In this document: positions 8,640-15,180 of the stretch, piece after piece | Position numbering within the stretch: position 1 is the stretch's first letter | Layout of the letters: each line of letters starts with the position of its first letter | IMG/VR virus record: IMGVR_UViG_3300046812_000144 | Source: an uncultured virus (IMG/VR IMGVR_UViG_3300046812_000144) | Lineage: Duplodnaviria; Heunggongvirae; Uroviricota; Caudoviricetes | Length of the DNA stretch: 20,000 nucleotides | Direction: 5' to 3' (one strand) | Translations under genes and position numbers: made by a program | Notes under the pieces: generated by a model | Told to the model about the DNA's origin: nothing | The model's input: only the letters and a program-made list of their open reading frames with translations | The model's database searches: none

Positions 8640-9034
8640 CTAGCCTCCTTGTCGGAGTCGATGAGTTTCGCGTTGATCGCCTCGGTCCACAGAGACACGC
8701 GCTTTGGTGACTTACGAATGTAGGCGACCATGTGTGCATCCATGGCGAGCGCGAGGACCTCGTCGAGGTCGTCCTTGAAGCGCCCAAGCGACATGGGGTA
8801 CACCATGACGTGGAGCAGTTCGTGGACCACGGTGCCGATGTGGTCGACGTTGCCCGTCTGTTGGTTTGCGTCGACCTTGATCTTGATGTCGGTCGGCGGC
8901 ATGATCTCGTTCCAGAGGTTGTGCCCCTGCTGCGCGGTCATGTGCTGATAGGTGAGCGTGACTTCAGGGTGCCGGAGAAGTTCCAGCATCACCCGGTGGA
9001 GCGACTGTGTCGATAGTGGATACGAGCCCTTCAT
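8636..9034 (-). CDS. Putative zincin-like metallopeptidase
   Basis: HEXXH motif (VVHELLHV) with downstream acidic residues (DE). RBS is GGAGGA. Confidence 0.6.
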   Translation of the reverse strand: MKGSYPLSTQSLHRVMLELLRHPEVTLTYQHMTAQQGHNLWNEIMPPTDIKIKVDANQQTGNVDHIGTVVHELLHVMVYPMSLGRFKDDLDEVLALAMDAHMVAYIRKSPKRVSLWTEAINAKLIDSDKEAR

Positions 9035-9611
9035 GAGCTTCCTCCCTCGCTTCGAGGCGGGATGAGAGAGCCCTAACGACGTCGGCTGCCGGGTAGGAGG
9101 CGAAGAGCACCTCGACTACGAAGTCGACGTCGGCGATCGACGAGGTCAGGTCCTTGTAGCGGGTGAAGGCCATGGCGCGCGTGAGGGGCGGGCCCGGCCC
9201 AAGGTCACGGATCTTGACGGCATCGCGGAGCTTGCCCCACTGGACGGAGGCGCTCATGCGCGTGTCGGCATGGAGCTTGGGGTCGAAGGCGAAGCGGATG
9301 CACTGCTTGAGCATGCGCTTCTGGACTTCGTCGTCGTCGAGGTCTTCGAGGAGCGACATGTCAGCGAGTGCCATCATGGCGTCGTGGTCGAGCATCCCCG
9401 AGGGCGGGGCCGGATCGGCCGGTGTGGCGTCGGGTAGGACGGAGGTCGCCTTCCGCGAGGGCGCGAGCTTGCCCTCCTCGACGAGACCCTTGCGCGCGAT
9501 GGCGATGAGGGCCACCGAGCAACCGGTACCAGCCGCCTGCTGCTCCTTCGTCTCGTCGGGGTGCGCGAGGATGTAGAGTCGGGCCTTCTGGAGCTTCGTC
9601 TGGGGGGCCAT
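8964..9611 (-). CDS. N-terminal HTH protein, candidate terminase small subunit
   Basis: ATG at 9611 follows AAGGAG. HTH-like segment TKEQQAAGTGCSVALIAIARK. It is the first gene of the packaging operon; the TerS call is positional only. Confidence 0.55.
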   Translation of the reverse strand: MAPQTKLQKARLYILAHPDETKEQQAAGTGCSVALIAIARKGLVEEGKLAPSRKATSVLPDATPADPAPPSGMLDHDAMMALADMSLLEDLDDDEVQKRMLKQCIRFAFDPKLHADTRMSASVQWGKLRDAVKIRDLGPGPPLTRAMAFTRYKDLTSSIADVDFVVEVLFASYPAADVVRALSSRLEAREEAHEGLVSTIDTVAPPGDAGTSPAP

Positions 9612-9718
9612 AGGAACTCCTTGCAAAGGTTTGACGTTAGATACGTCCGAGTATATGGACGGGACAGGGGCTGCCCACAAAGTCATGACATCCATGCGGG
9701 TCACTGGGGGGCCCTTGC

Positions 9719-9734
9719 TGGCACGCATCTTGCT
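9719..9734 (+). promoter_or_regulatory. Sigma-54 -24/-12 box 1
   Basis: TGGCACGCATCTTGCT matches the consensus TGGCACG-N4-TTGCW exactly. Confidence 0.75.
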
Positions 9735-9736
9735 TG

Positions 9737-9752
9737 GGCAAGGACCATGCCA
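9737..9752 (-). promoter_or_regulatory. Sigma-54 -24/-12 box 2 (faces the packaging operon)
   Basis: Reverse complement TGGCATGGTCCTTGCC, with GG-N10-GC spacing. Confidence 0.7.
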
Positions 9753-9758
9753 CGCTGC

Positions 9759-9774
9759 TGGCACGCTCTATGCG
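9759..9774 (+). promoter_or_regulatory. Sigma-54 -24/-12 box 3
   Basis: TGGCACGCTCTATGCG, with GG-N10-GC spacing and a -12 element of ATGC. Confidence 0.6.
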
Positions 9775-9777
9775 TAG

Positions 9778-9793
9778 AGCAAGGCCCGTGCCA
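9778..9793 (-). promoter_or_regulatory. Sigma-54 -24/-12 box 4 (faces the packaging operon)
   Basis: Reverse complement TGGCACGGGCCTTGCT is an exact consensus match. Confidence 0.75.
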
Positions 9794-9907
9794 CAGGTCG
9801 GTGGGTAACTCTAGTGTACCACGTTCCACCTTGCAACGCCCCCCGCATGCGCCACGAAGCGTGTTACCACACGCAATGAGCCCGGCGGGCGGAGCGCGGG
9901 ATGCCGG

Positions 9908-9925
9908 TGTGTCCATCCTGACACG
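9908..9925. promoter_or_regulatory. Candidate enhancer-binding-protein site (TGT-N10-ACA)
   Basis: TGTGTCCATCCTGACAC lies about 140-200 bp upstream of the predicted starts of boxes 2 and 4, and resembles the site at 10213. Confidence 0.4.
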
Positions 9926-9977
9926 GTCAGTTTCTAGCCGCTCCTCCCTCGCTGGCCCTGTCCGGGCAGAAGTGCCC

Positions 9978-10002
9978 TAACCCCATGGCGCACAAGCACT
10001 TA
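9978..10002. promoter_or_regulatory. IHF-like dyad site
   Basis: TAA-CCCC-ATG-GCGCA-CAA-GCAC-TTA; contains the CAA-N4-TTA core of the IHF consensus. Confidence 0.45.
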
Positions 10003-10082
10003 GACCATTCGCTCCCAGACGCTCTAGGATGCCCCACAATCGCGTCGGCCCCCCTCCGAGGATGGCCGCACGGGGATTTACC

Positions 10083-10107
10083 TAAGTCGTTGTCGCCCAT
10101 GCATTTA
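10083..10107. promoter_or_regulatory. IHF-like dyad site
   Basis: TAA-GTCG-TTG-TCGCC-CAT-GCAT-TTA, exactly 105 bp from the previous copy; both copies are followed by CCATTCG. Confidence 0.45.
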
Positions 10108-10212
10108 CGCCATTCGAGCCCGCTGGCGCTCGCCCGTCTCCGGGCATCCTAGGAGGCCGAGAACGCCCTCTCATTGACAACGCCTACACAAAACCGTTTC
10201 ACTCTGCACCAC

Positions 10213-10229
10213 TGTGGCAACTTTGACAC
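10213..10229. promoter_or_regulatory. Candidate enhancer-binding-protein site (TGT-N10-ACA)
   Basis: TGTGGCAACTTTGACAC lies about 135-150 bp upstream of the predicted start of box 5. Confidence 0.4.
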
Positions 10230-10307
10230 ATGGACGCGCGAAACGCCTCGGGCGTTCTGCCCCGAAACACGTTGCGCTTTGCCCCAATCTGTGAGATGCT
10301 CCTCCTG

Positions 10308-10332
10308 TAAGTCATTGTGCTGCAACGTGACA
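10308..10332. promoter_or_regulatory. IHF-like site immediately upstream of sigma-54 box 5
   Basis: TAA-GTCA-TTG-TGCTG-CAA, at the usual IHF position between the activator site and the -24 element. Confidence 0.5.
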
Positions 10333-10336
10333 ATCG

Positions 10337-10352
10337 TGGCACACGGATTGCA
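10337..10352 (+). promoter_or_regulatory. Sigma-54 -24/-12 box 5 (faces the early arm; predicted +1 near 10363)
   Basis: TGGCACACGGATTGCA matches TGGCAC-N5-TTGCA. Confidence 0.75.
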
Positions 10353-10362
10353 CTGTTCCATG

Positions 10363-10950
10363 GTGGTAGCACGGTCGCCGGTCCGAAACCGGCGCGCGAC
10401 ACCGGAACGCACCGGCAGCCCGCCCTGATAACCGTATCTCGGTGGACGGCAAGCCGGCCGGCCCCGCGAGGGGCACCCGACAGGGCACACGGTGGAGTGA
10501 CAGGGGAATCGGATGCACGCACAAGGCCCGCAGCACGCGAGCCCAACGCGGCCCCCACGGTCACATATGATGGACGCCGGCACACGCGAGCGGTCGCGGT
10601 GACGGGCAGCGCACGCAGTGCCACCACCCAACAGAGCCCTTCGGGGACAGCGAAGTCGAGGGTGTCAAGCGTGCGACAATGCCCCGAGCGAAGCGCCAGA
10701 CTGTAAGGTGTCCAGACTGTAGCACCCTGCTACGCTTCACCCTGCACTTACATCCCGGCCACCGCACGAACCAACGGCAACGCGAGCAGCGCGAGGGAAG
10801 CCCCGCGAGCCTGCACCGCCGCCACCTCGTGCGGGGCCGGAGTGTAAGCGCAACAGTGTATCTTAAGAACCTACTACAACACCTGTGTGAGAGTCCCACC
10901 CCGTTACGGCGGGGGGTGGGCCCCCTCACGACGGTGTAAGGGGTGGGGGC
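10363..10950 (+). ncRNA. Candidate long structured RNA or leader
   Basis: No convincing gene here, and many stems: 10376-10394, GCCCC-GCGA-GGGGC (GNRA loop), CCC-TTCG-GGG (UUCG loop), 10422-10427/10481-10486, 10560-10564/10599-10603, 10719-10733, 10800-10837 and 10895-10920. Confidence 0.4.
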
Positions 10951-11071
10951 CACAATGTGTAAGCCCCGCGAAGCGCCCCCTCTGGCTCTGTACCAAAACG
11001 CCGCCCTTCAACCAGAATCGCGTCGCACCCCTCACCACGCACAATCGCACCCCTTCCAATGCGGAGGCTCC

Positions 11072-11317
11072 ATGTTCAAGCACCTGAAGCGCGCCACCCT
11101 CGTCGAGTGTGAGTCCAACGACGCAGCCGGAAACGACCTGTACCTCATCGCCGTCTGGGCCGATGACGCCGAGACGCAGTCCGCCACCGTGTGGTGCGCT
11201 GAAGTCTTCCGCAACGGCGGCTCCATCGTCCGCTGCTGGCACCCGACGCGCCGTGCGGCCGTCGCGTGGGCCAAGAGCGAAGTCGAGGCCGACATCCGCG
11301 TGTCGGTGCTCCGATGA
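11072..11317 (+). CDS. Hypothetical protein, first gene of the early arm
   Basis: ATG follows GGAGG; begins MFKHLKRATLVEC; C-ending codons dominate. Confidence 0.75.
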   Translation: MFKHLKRATLVECESNDAAGNDLYLIAVWADDAETQSATVWCAEVFRNGGSIVRCWHPTRRAAVAWAKSEVEADIRVSVLR

Positions 11318-11487
11318 CCTGCCGCTCGCCCAAGCACCCGTTCGTCGTGGAACTCCTCCTCAAGGGCCGCTGGCGCATCGAACAGACGTTCGCCGAGCGC
11401 GACGCTGCCCGCGACTTCGCCGTCCAACTCCTCACCAGTGGCGTGCTCCGCGAGCCCATCCGCGTCCGCGCTCGCAAGGTGGCCTGA
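11314..11487 (+). CDS. Hypothetical protein (57 aa)
   Basis: ATGA overlap; begins MTCRSPKHPFVVELLLKGRW. Confidence 0.65.
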   Translation: MTCRSPKHPFVVELLLKGRWRIEQTFAERDAARDFAVQLLTSGVLREPIRVRARKVA

Positions 11488-11488
11488 C

Positions 11489-11704
11489 ATGCCGCGCACC
11501 ACGTTCGCCCTCGCTGCTTCGCTGAAGCCCGGCGACCTCGTCGCCACGTTCGACTCGGCCGACTCGCGCACCGAGGCCCTGCTCTGGCTCGAAACGCGCG
11601 CCTCGCACCGCATCCGCGTCAACCTCGACATCCTGACCATCGCGACCATCCGCGTCGACGAGCACCGCACGCTCACGTCCATCCGCATCGGAGGCACGCT
11701 GTGA
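11489..11704 (+). CDS. Hypothetical protein (71 aa)
   Basis: ATG 1 nt after the upstream stop; RBS is AAGGTGG. Confidence 0.65.
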   Translation: MPRTTFALAASLKPGDLVATFDSADSRTEALLWLETRASHRIRVNLDILTIATIRVDEHRTLTSIRIGGTL

Positions 11705-11901
11705 CGCACACCTCGCACATCCTGCTGCACCTGCCCGACCACCGCATCCTCTACACCGGCCTGTCGCGCACCGAGGCCGACAAGGCTGCTGCCGCCGGCC
11801 GTGCTGCCGGCTACCACGTCACGACGCAGGCCGCTCCCGTCACCGGTTCACGCCGCTCCATCTGGCACTACACAATCGTCGGCATCACGGAGGCCGCGTG
11901 A
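11701..11901 (+). CDS. Hypothetical protein (66 aa)
   Basis: GTGA overlap; RBS is GGAGG. Confidence 0.7.
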   Translation: MTHTSHILLHLPDHRILYTGLSRTEADKAAAAGRAAGYHVTTQAAPVTGSRRSIWHYTIVGITEAA

Positions 11902-12284
11902 CACGCACCGGAACCTACCGCGCGCTGTATCTGTTCGCGGTCGCGGCTGACGCCTACGCGTTCGCCAAGCAGCTTCAGGAGGGCGTCGTCGCCTCATTCG
12001 GCGAAGGCGACGACCAGTGGGAAGGCCTCGACGTGTGCGACGCTGGCGCGACCATCACGGTCCACACGCGCGAAGAGCGCGACCCCACGCTGCGCCATGG
12101 CCTCATCAGTGTCGAGGCTCGCATCCCCATCGCCTACGTCCCCACCGACTACTGGTTCTCGCCCACCACGGACGACAACCTCATGACGGTCGACGAGCAG
12201 GGCAAGTCCACGCACGGCGAGCCCGTGAAGTGGGGCCTGCTCCGCAACGCGTCCACACTGCCCACGCCGGGAGGGAAGTCATGA
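11898..12284 (+). CDS. Hypothetical protein (128 aa)
   Basis: GTGA overlap; RBS is GGAGG. Confidence 0.75.
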   Translation: MTRTGTYRALYLFAVAADAYAFAKQLQEGVVASFGEGDDQWEGLDVCDAGATITVHTREERDPTLRHGLISVEARIPIAYVPTDYWFSPTTDDNLMTVDEQGKSTHGEPVKWGLLRNASTLPTPGGKS

Positions 12285-12424
12285 AGAAGTTCTGGGTGTA
12301 TCTCACGGTCAACGGCATCACGCACGTCCGCTTCGTGGACGAGCGGCACCTCGACGAGACGCTGACGGCCTTCGCCAACACGTTCGCGACCGAGCCCTAC
12401 ACGGTCGAGCGGAAGGCCGCATGA
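12281..12424 (+). CDS. Hypothetical protein (47 aa)
   Basis: ATGA overlap; RBS is GGAGGG; begins MKKFWVYLTVNG. Confidence 0.65.
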   Translation: MKKFWVYLTVNGITHVRFVDERHLDETLTAFANTFATEPYTVERKAA

Positions 12425-12522
12425 CGCTCGCCTACGTTGTCCTACTCGTGGTCGCCATCGTGCTCCTGCACGAGAACGACTACCCACAGCCGCCAGTCTG
12501 GCGCAAGCGAGGGCACAAGTGA
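12421..12522 (+). CDS. Small single-pass membrane protein (33 aa)
   Basis: Overlaps neighbours at both ends (ATGA, GTGA). Sequence MTLAYVVLLVVAIVLLHENDYPQPPVWRKRGHK. Confidence 0.6.
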   Translation: MTLAYVVLLVVAIVLLHENDYPQPPVWRKRGHK

Positions 12523-12737
12523 TACTCGTCCACGTCGTAGTCGAAACGTCAGCGTGCTCCTTCGCTGAGTACTCGGTCCACGCCAACAACCGCTCGCGGC
12601 ACGCCCTGTCGGGTGCCATCCGCAACGCCTTCCGCAAGTACCCCAACGCACGCTCGGTCGAGGCAGAGTTCGCCGACGAGCGCGACTCGCGTATCACGCT
12701 CACGCGCGCCAACACGCTGCGCGCTCAGGAGGCATAA
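12519..12737 (+). CDS. Hypothetical protein (72 aa)
   Basis: GTGA overlap; RBS is GAGGG. Confidence 0.65.
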   Translation: MILVHVVVETSACSFAEYSVHANNRSRHALSGAIRNAFRKYPNARSVEAEFADERDSRITLTRANTLRAQEA

Positions 12738-12889
12738 TGTTCAAGCTGACCGACTTCACCATCGAACGCGCGGGCAAGAACTATGCGGTGTACCTCGCCG
12801 CACAGGCGTCGAACGGGCCCATCGCCACGCTGCCCACCGTCGAGGAGTGCGCCCGCTTCGTGCGTGCCCTCGTGGACGAGAGGCTCTGA
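12737..12889 (+). CDS. Hypothetical protein (50 aa)
   Basis: TAATG overlap; RBS is AGGAGG; begins MFKLTDFTIERAGKNYAVY. Confidence 0.7.
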   Translation: MFKLTDFTIERAGKNYAVYLAAQASNGPIATLPTVEECARFVRALVDERL

Positions 12890-13062
12890 TGCCCACCTTC
12901 AAGTGGCACCACATCGCGACGGGCAAGTCCATCACGCTCGTCTGCACGCTCACGAACGGCAAGGTCTGCATGCGTGACGAGGACGGGAACCGTCTGTACC
13001 TGAGCAAGTCCGACCTCGCGGCCGAGTACAAGGCCGCCACGCTTCACTGGCAAGGGAGGTAG
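12889..13062 (+). CDS. Hypothetical protein (57 aa)
   Basis: TGATG overlap; RBS is GAGAGG; begins MPTFKWHHIATGK. Confidence 0.65.
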   Translation: MPTFKWHHIATGKSITLVCTLTNGKVCMRDEDGNRLYLSKSDLAAEYKAATLHWQGR

Positions 13063-13065
13063 CAC

Positions 13066-13467
13066 ATGAGCAGCGGCGGGTACCAAGGCGCGCTCGAAGC
13101 AGCAGGCGCGACCGTCCACACGTTCGATTCATTCGGCGACTATCAGGGCTCGTGGTTCGCCAAGGTCACCTTCAACGGCGTGACCGGTTGGGTGCAAGGC
13201 GGCTACGGCTCGTGCTCGGGTTGCGATGCGTTCGAGGCCGAGATGGGCTACGAGCCCTACGACGTCGACGACGACGACTACGCCCACTATAAGGCTTCGT
13301 GGGATGCACGGCTCAAGAACTTCGGTGCCTCGTATCTCAACGCCCTCCAGACGTTCGACGAGGTCTTCGCGCCCTACAAGCGCAAGGTCGAGGGACCGCG
13401 TCTCGACTACGAGTGGCTCGACGAGGACGACCGGGCCATCTACGACTTCCTGAAGGAGAACCAGTGA
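13066..13467 (+). CDS. Acidic hypothetical protein with a CxxC motif
   Basis: RBS is GGGAGG. Contains GDYQG and YGSCSGCDAFE, and is D/E-rich. Confidence 0.8.
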   Translation: MSSGGYQGALEAAGATVHTFDSFGDYQGSWFAKVTFNGVTGWVQGGYGSCSGCDAFEAEMGYEPYDVDDDDYAHYKASWDARLKNFGASYLNALQTFDEVFAPYKRKVEGPRLDYEWLDEDDRAIYDFLKENQ

Positions 13468-13679
13468 CCACCTACACGTTCACAGTCCCCGTGCTGCTCA
13501 CCGTCACGGTGAACGCAGCGCACTCTGAAGACGCCGCTGAGGATGCGGCCTGTGCAGTCCACGCACTCAACGTCGACCTGTCGAACATGGCCGCGAGTGC
13601 TGGCAACGATGACATCGTCATGAGTGACGGGCCGTACGACCTGACGCTCACCGATGTCTCACCCGAGGAGCGCGACTGA
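13464..13679 (+). CDS. Acidic hypothetical protein (71 aa)
   Basis: GTGA overlap; RBS is AAGGAG. Contains V.A.SEDAAEDAA. Confidence 0.7.
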   Translation: MTTYTFTVPVLLTVTVNAAHSEDAAEDAACAVHALNVDLSNMAASAGNDDIVMSDGPYDLTLTDVSPEERD

Positions 13680-14053
13680 TGGCAAAGCTCTTGCGGTTCG
13701 AGGTCACGGTCGAGCGCACCGAGACGACCGAGTACAAGCACATCGTGCTGGCCTACACGGAAGAGCAGGCCGAGCGTGTCGCGCTCAACGGCGGATACGA
13801 GGGCAGGACGACCGGCCCGCGCTTCGTCGACGAGGACGAGGAGGGCGAGTACATGGACGGCGACTCGGAGGTCAAGGACGTGACGCTCATCGAACTGAAC
13901 GGCGACCACTACGTGAGCCCCATCGGCCGTGGTGACATCACCACCTGCGCGCTTTGCGGCGAGCCCGTCAGGTGGACAGGCACCGACCGCACCGAAACAA
14001 CGCCCCTCATCCCCGGACCATGGGTCCACACCAACGCACCGGAGGTCAAGTGA
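13679..14053 (+). CDS. Acidic hypothetical protein with a C-terminal CxxC...H motif
   Basis: TGATG overlap; RBS is GAGGAG. Contains A.TEEQAERVA, DEDEEGEYMDGD and CALCGEPVRW...WVH. Confidence 0.75.
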   Translation: MAKLLRFEVTVERTETTEYKHIVLAYTEEQAERVALNGGYEGRTTGPRFVDEDEEGEYMDGDSEVKDVTLIELNGDHYVSPIGRGDITTCALCGEPVRWTGTDRTETTPLIPGPWVHTNAPEVK

Positions 14054-15180
14054 GCACGAACCTGATGCAAGCGAACCGTCAGTGGGCCGAGCGCCCGGCT
14101 GACGAGCGGTTCCAGACGCTGTCCGACATGCACAGTGCCATCGCGAAGCGCGACACGGCCAGCACCGATGGCAAGGTCCGCATGTCGCATGTCGGCCTGC
14201 ATGTCAACGGCGAGATGACGATGGTCGGCACCAATCGCATCGCCAAGTTCACCCACTGGTCGGCCGGCCAGATGCTCACCAAGCTCGGCGTGCCGCGCGA
14301 CCTGCTCGCGAAGCTCTCGCCCGACGTCGCGACGAGCGTGCTCATGGACCGTCTGCCGGCCGCCCTCAAGGATGGCTCGGTCGACGCCCGTCAGCGCATG
14401 CTGCTCCAGAGCGAGGGAACCACGGACACCATCCGCGCGTTCCATGGCTCGCGCTACGAGCGGCTGTGGGACAAGCAGGTCACCTCGATGCTCATGGAGT
14501 ACCTGCCGCCCGGCTGGCGCAATCCTGTCGCCTTCAAGGATGGCAAGTGGGGCGCTGAACTGGTTCCCTCGGGGCTGTACGCTGGCGACCGTGACATGTT
14601 CGCCATCTTCATCGACGGCGGCGACTGGAAGGACCAGCCGGGCTCGTTCGACGTGGACGGCGACGCCTTCCACCGTGGGTTCATGACGTGGAACAGCGAG
14701 GTTGGCGCGCAGTCGTTCGGCTTCATGCCGTTCAACTTCCGCGTCATCTGCGGCAACAACATCATCTGGGGCGCTGAGAACGTGCAGGTGTTCAAGGCCC
14801 GCCATGCCGGCGGCGCGCACGACATCTTCAAGGGCCTGCGCCGGTTCCTGACCACGCTGAACGAGAGCACGAACGCCGACAGCTTCGTGGTCGCCGTCCG
14901 CGATGCGAAGGACACCATCGCCATCTCGCTCAAGGGCGCTTCGACCTCGATGGGTCGCGAGCGTATCCTCGACGAGGCGTTCTCGAAGTTCAAGGGCAAG
15001 TTCACCCAGACGGTCATCACGGACTCGCTCGACGCCATCCTCCGCGAGGAGAAGGGCGCGAAGGGCACCCGGTGGGACTGGCTTCAGGGCTTCACCTCGG
15101 TCGCGCGCACCACTGTGAACGCGGACGAGCGCACGAAGATCGAGACGACCGCGAGCAAGCTGCTGCTCGCCACGAAGTAG
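14050..15180 (+). CDS. DUF932-family protein
   Basis: GTG start follows GGAGG. Contains QWAERPADERF, RYERLWD, LYAGDRDMFAIFID, RGFMTWNSEVG and FRVICGNNIIWG, as I recall from DUF932 proteins of phages and mobile elements. Confidence 0.75.
   Translation: MSTNLMQANRQWAERPADERFQTLSDMHSAIAKRDTASTDGKVRMSHVGLHVNGEMTMVGTNRIAKFTHWSAGQMLTKLGVPRDLLAKLSPDVATSVLMDRLPAALKDGSVDARQRMLLQSEGTTDTIRAFHGSRYERLWDKQVTSMLMEYLPPGWRNPVAFKDGKWGAELVPSGLYAGDRDMFAIFIDGGDWKDQPGSFDVDGDAFHRGFMTWNSEVGAQSFGFMPFNFRVICGNNIIWGAENVQVFKARHAGGAHDIFKGLRRFLTTLNESTNADSFVVAVRDAKDTIAISLKGASTSMGRERILDEAFSKFKGKFTQTVITDSLDAILREEKGAKGTRWDWLQGFTSVARTTVNADERTKIETTASKLLLATK

Larger units (their letters stand above)
9716..9796. repeat. Two-copy 40/41-bp tandem repeat, each copy holding a convergent pair of sigma-54 boxes
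   Basis: Copy 1 is tgctggcacgcatcttgcttgggcaaggaccatgccacgc; copy 2 is tgctggcacgctctatgcgtagagcaaggcccgtgccacag. Confidence 0.8.

Noticed and set aside
9716..9796. CRISPR mini-array
   Set aside because: Two adjacent degenerate copies with no spacer and no cas genes; better explained as sigma-54 boxes.
10174..10228. Two TTGACA hexamers as sigma-70 -35 elements
   Set aside because: Neither has an acceptable -10 hexamer 16-18 bp downstream.
10608..10623. Sixth sigma-54 box on the minus strand (TGGCACTGCGTGCGCT)
   Set aside because: Spacing is correct but the -12 element lacks TT, so it is too weak to call.
10679..10939. 86-aa ORF with CPDC
   Set aside because: No RBS, atypical codon usage and no second Cys pair, and it overlaps hairpins and repeats. 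It is not fully excluded.
9612..11071. tRNA genes or an integrase/att site
   Set aside because: No cloverleaf with a T-loop GTTCRA was seen and there is no integrase in the window; prophage versus free phage cannot be decided.
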